A stretch of DNA of 64,000 nucleotides from NCBI GenBank assembly GCA_965205505.1, contig CBDBHB010000006.1, forward strand, positions 224,001 to 288,000. Direction: 5' to 3'. Under the pieces are notes generated by a model. It saw only the letters and a program-made list of their open reading frames with translations. It was not told where the DNA came from and did not search any database. Origin of the DNA: Acidobacteriota bacterium. GTDB lineage: Bacteria > Acidobacteriota > UBA890 > WLXD01. The first letter of the stretch is position 1. Each line of letters opens with the position of its first letter. The position numbers were made by a program, and so were the translations under genes. Below, in pieces: positions 63,608-64,000 of the stretch.

Positions 63608-63608
63608 G

Positions 63609-64000
63609 TCAATCCTCCTGTGCCTCGACCGCGGCGGCCCGGAACGCCACCGGTTGCGGACGCCCCTCGGAGTCGCGCAGCGCCGCCGAGATGATCTGCA
63701 CCGGCGTCTGACCCACGCCGACAACGCGGAAGTTGAGGGTCGCAAGCACGCCGCGCGCGCGCACTCCCCCCACCTGCCCAACGCGTCCGATCCCGATTGC
63801 CACCGTGCCCTGAGTGGCCGCGCTGCTCGAGAAGGTGGTCTCCGAGCCGTCGGAGCTCAGGAGGTTACCCTCCGTGGCTTCTACAAACTGCAGCACCTGC
63901 GGGTTCCAGTTCACCCGCAGCCCGACGTTGTTGATATCGCCGTCGCCGTCCGTCATGACATCAACGCTCAGCGTCTGGCCCACCTGCGCGTTCTGATCAG
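63609..64000 (-). CDS. C-terminal cohesin-like domain, probably of a secretin (5' partial)
   Basis: Beta-sandwich pattern V.WNPQVLQFV...EGNLL..DG, GVLATLNF.VVG.G, directly upstream of the pseudopilins. Confidence 0.65.
   Translation of the reverse strand, partial: DQNAQVGQTLSVDVMTDGDGDINNVGLRVNWNPQVLQFVEATEGNLLSSDGSETTFSSSAATQGTVAIGIGRVGQVGGVRARGVLATLNFRVVGVGQTPVQIISAALRDSEGRPQPVAFRAAAVEAQED

Overview
GC-rich bacterial chromosome segment. Gene content (GWxTD protein, ASPIC/UnbV FG-GAP protein, cohesin-tailed secretin with pseudopilins) suggests Acidobacteriota, which is an inference. From left to right: an FG-GAP/ASPIC-UnbV gene (partial), a GWxTD-TPR gene and moaC; a decayed sigma54-controlled exopolysaccharide locus with two enhancer-binding-protein (bEBP) paralogues; a GT4 gene, lpxC, ntrY/ntrX-like genes, a Zn-ribbon gene and an RDD gene; purH, a DUF721 gene, queA, ruvBAC and yebC; a complete minus-strand rRNA operon (16S-tRNA Ile-tRNA Ala-23S-5S); tyrS, purNMFLQSB and an M16 peptidase; a type IV pilus cluster (pilB, epimerase, pilT, pilC, pilS/R, pilA, ABC, pilD, minor pilins) with several broken genes; and the end of a T2SS-like secretin/pseudopilin operon. 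Five signals stand out. (1) Families of CTAG-bounded miniature inverted-repeat elements whose ends fall either on stop codons or on candidate extended -10 promoters. (2) A catalytically dead bEBP paralogue that keeps the activator's recognition helix and lies in the same putative sigma54 regulon. (3) Ten disruptive lesions confined to the pilus and EPS loci, while 22 consecutive housekeeping CDSs look intact. (4) AT-rich, 10-bp-periodic islands upstream of pilA, pilT and pilB. (5) A full sigma54 promoter architecture in front of lpxC. All calls come from reading the sequence by eye; no searches were run.
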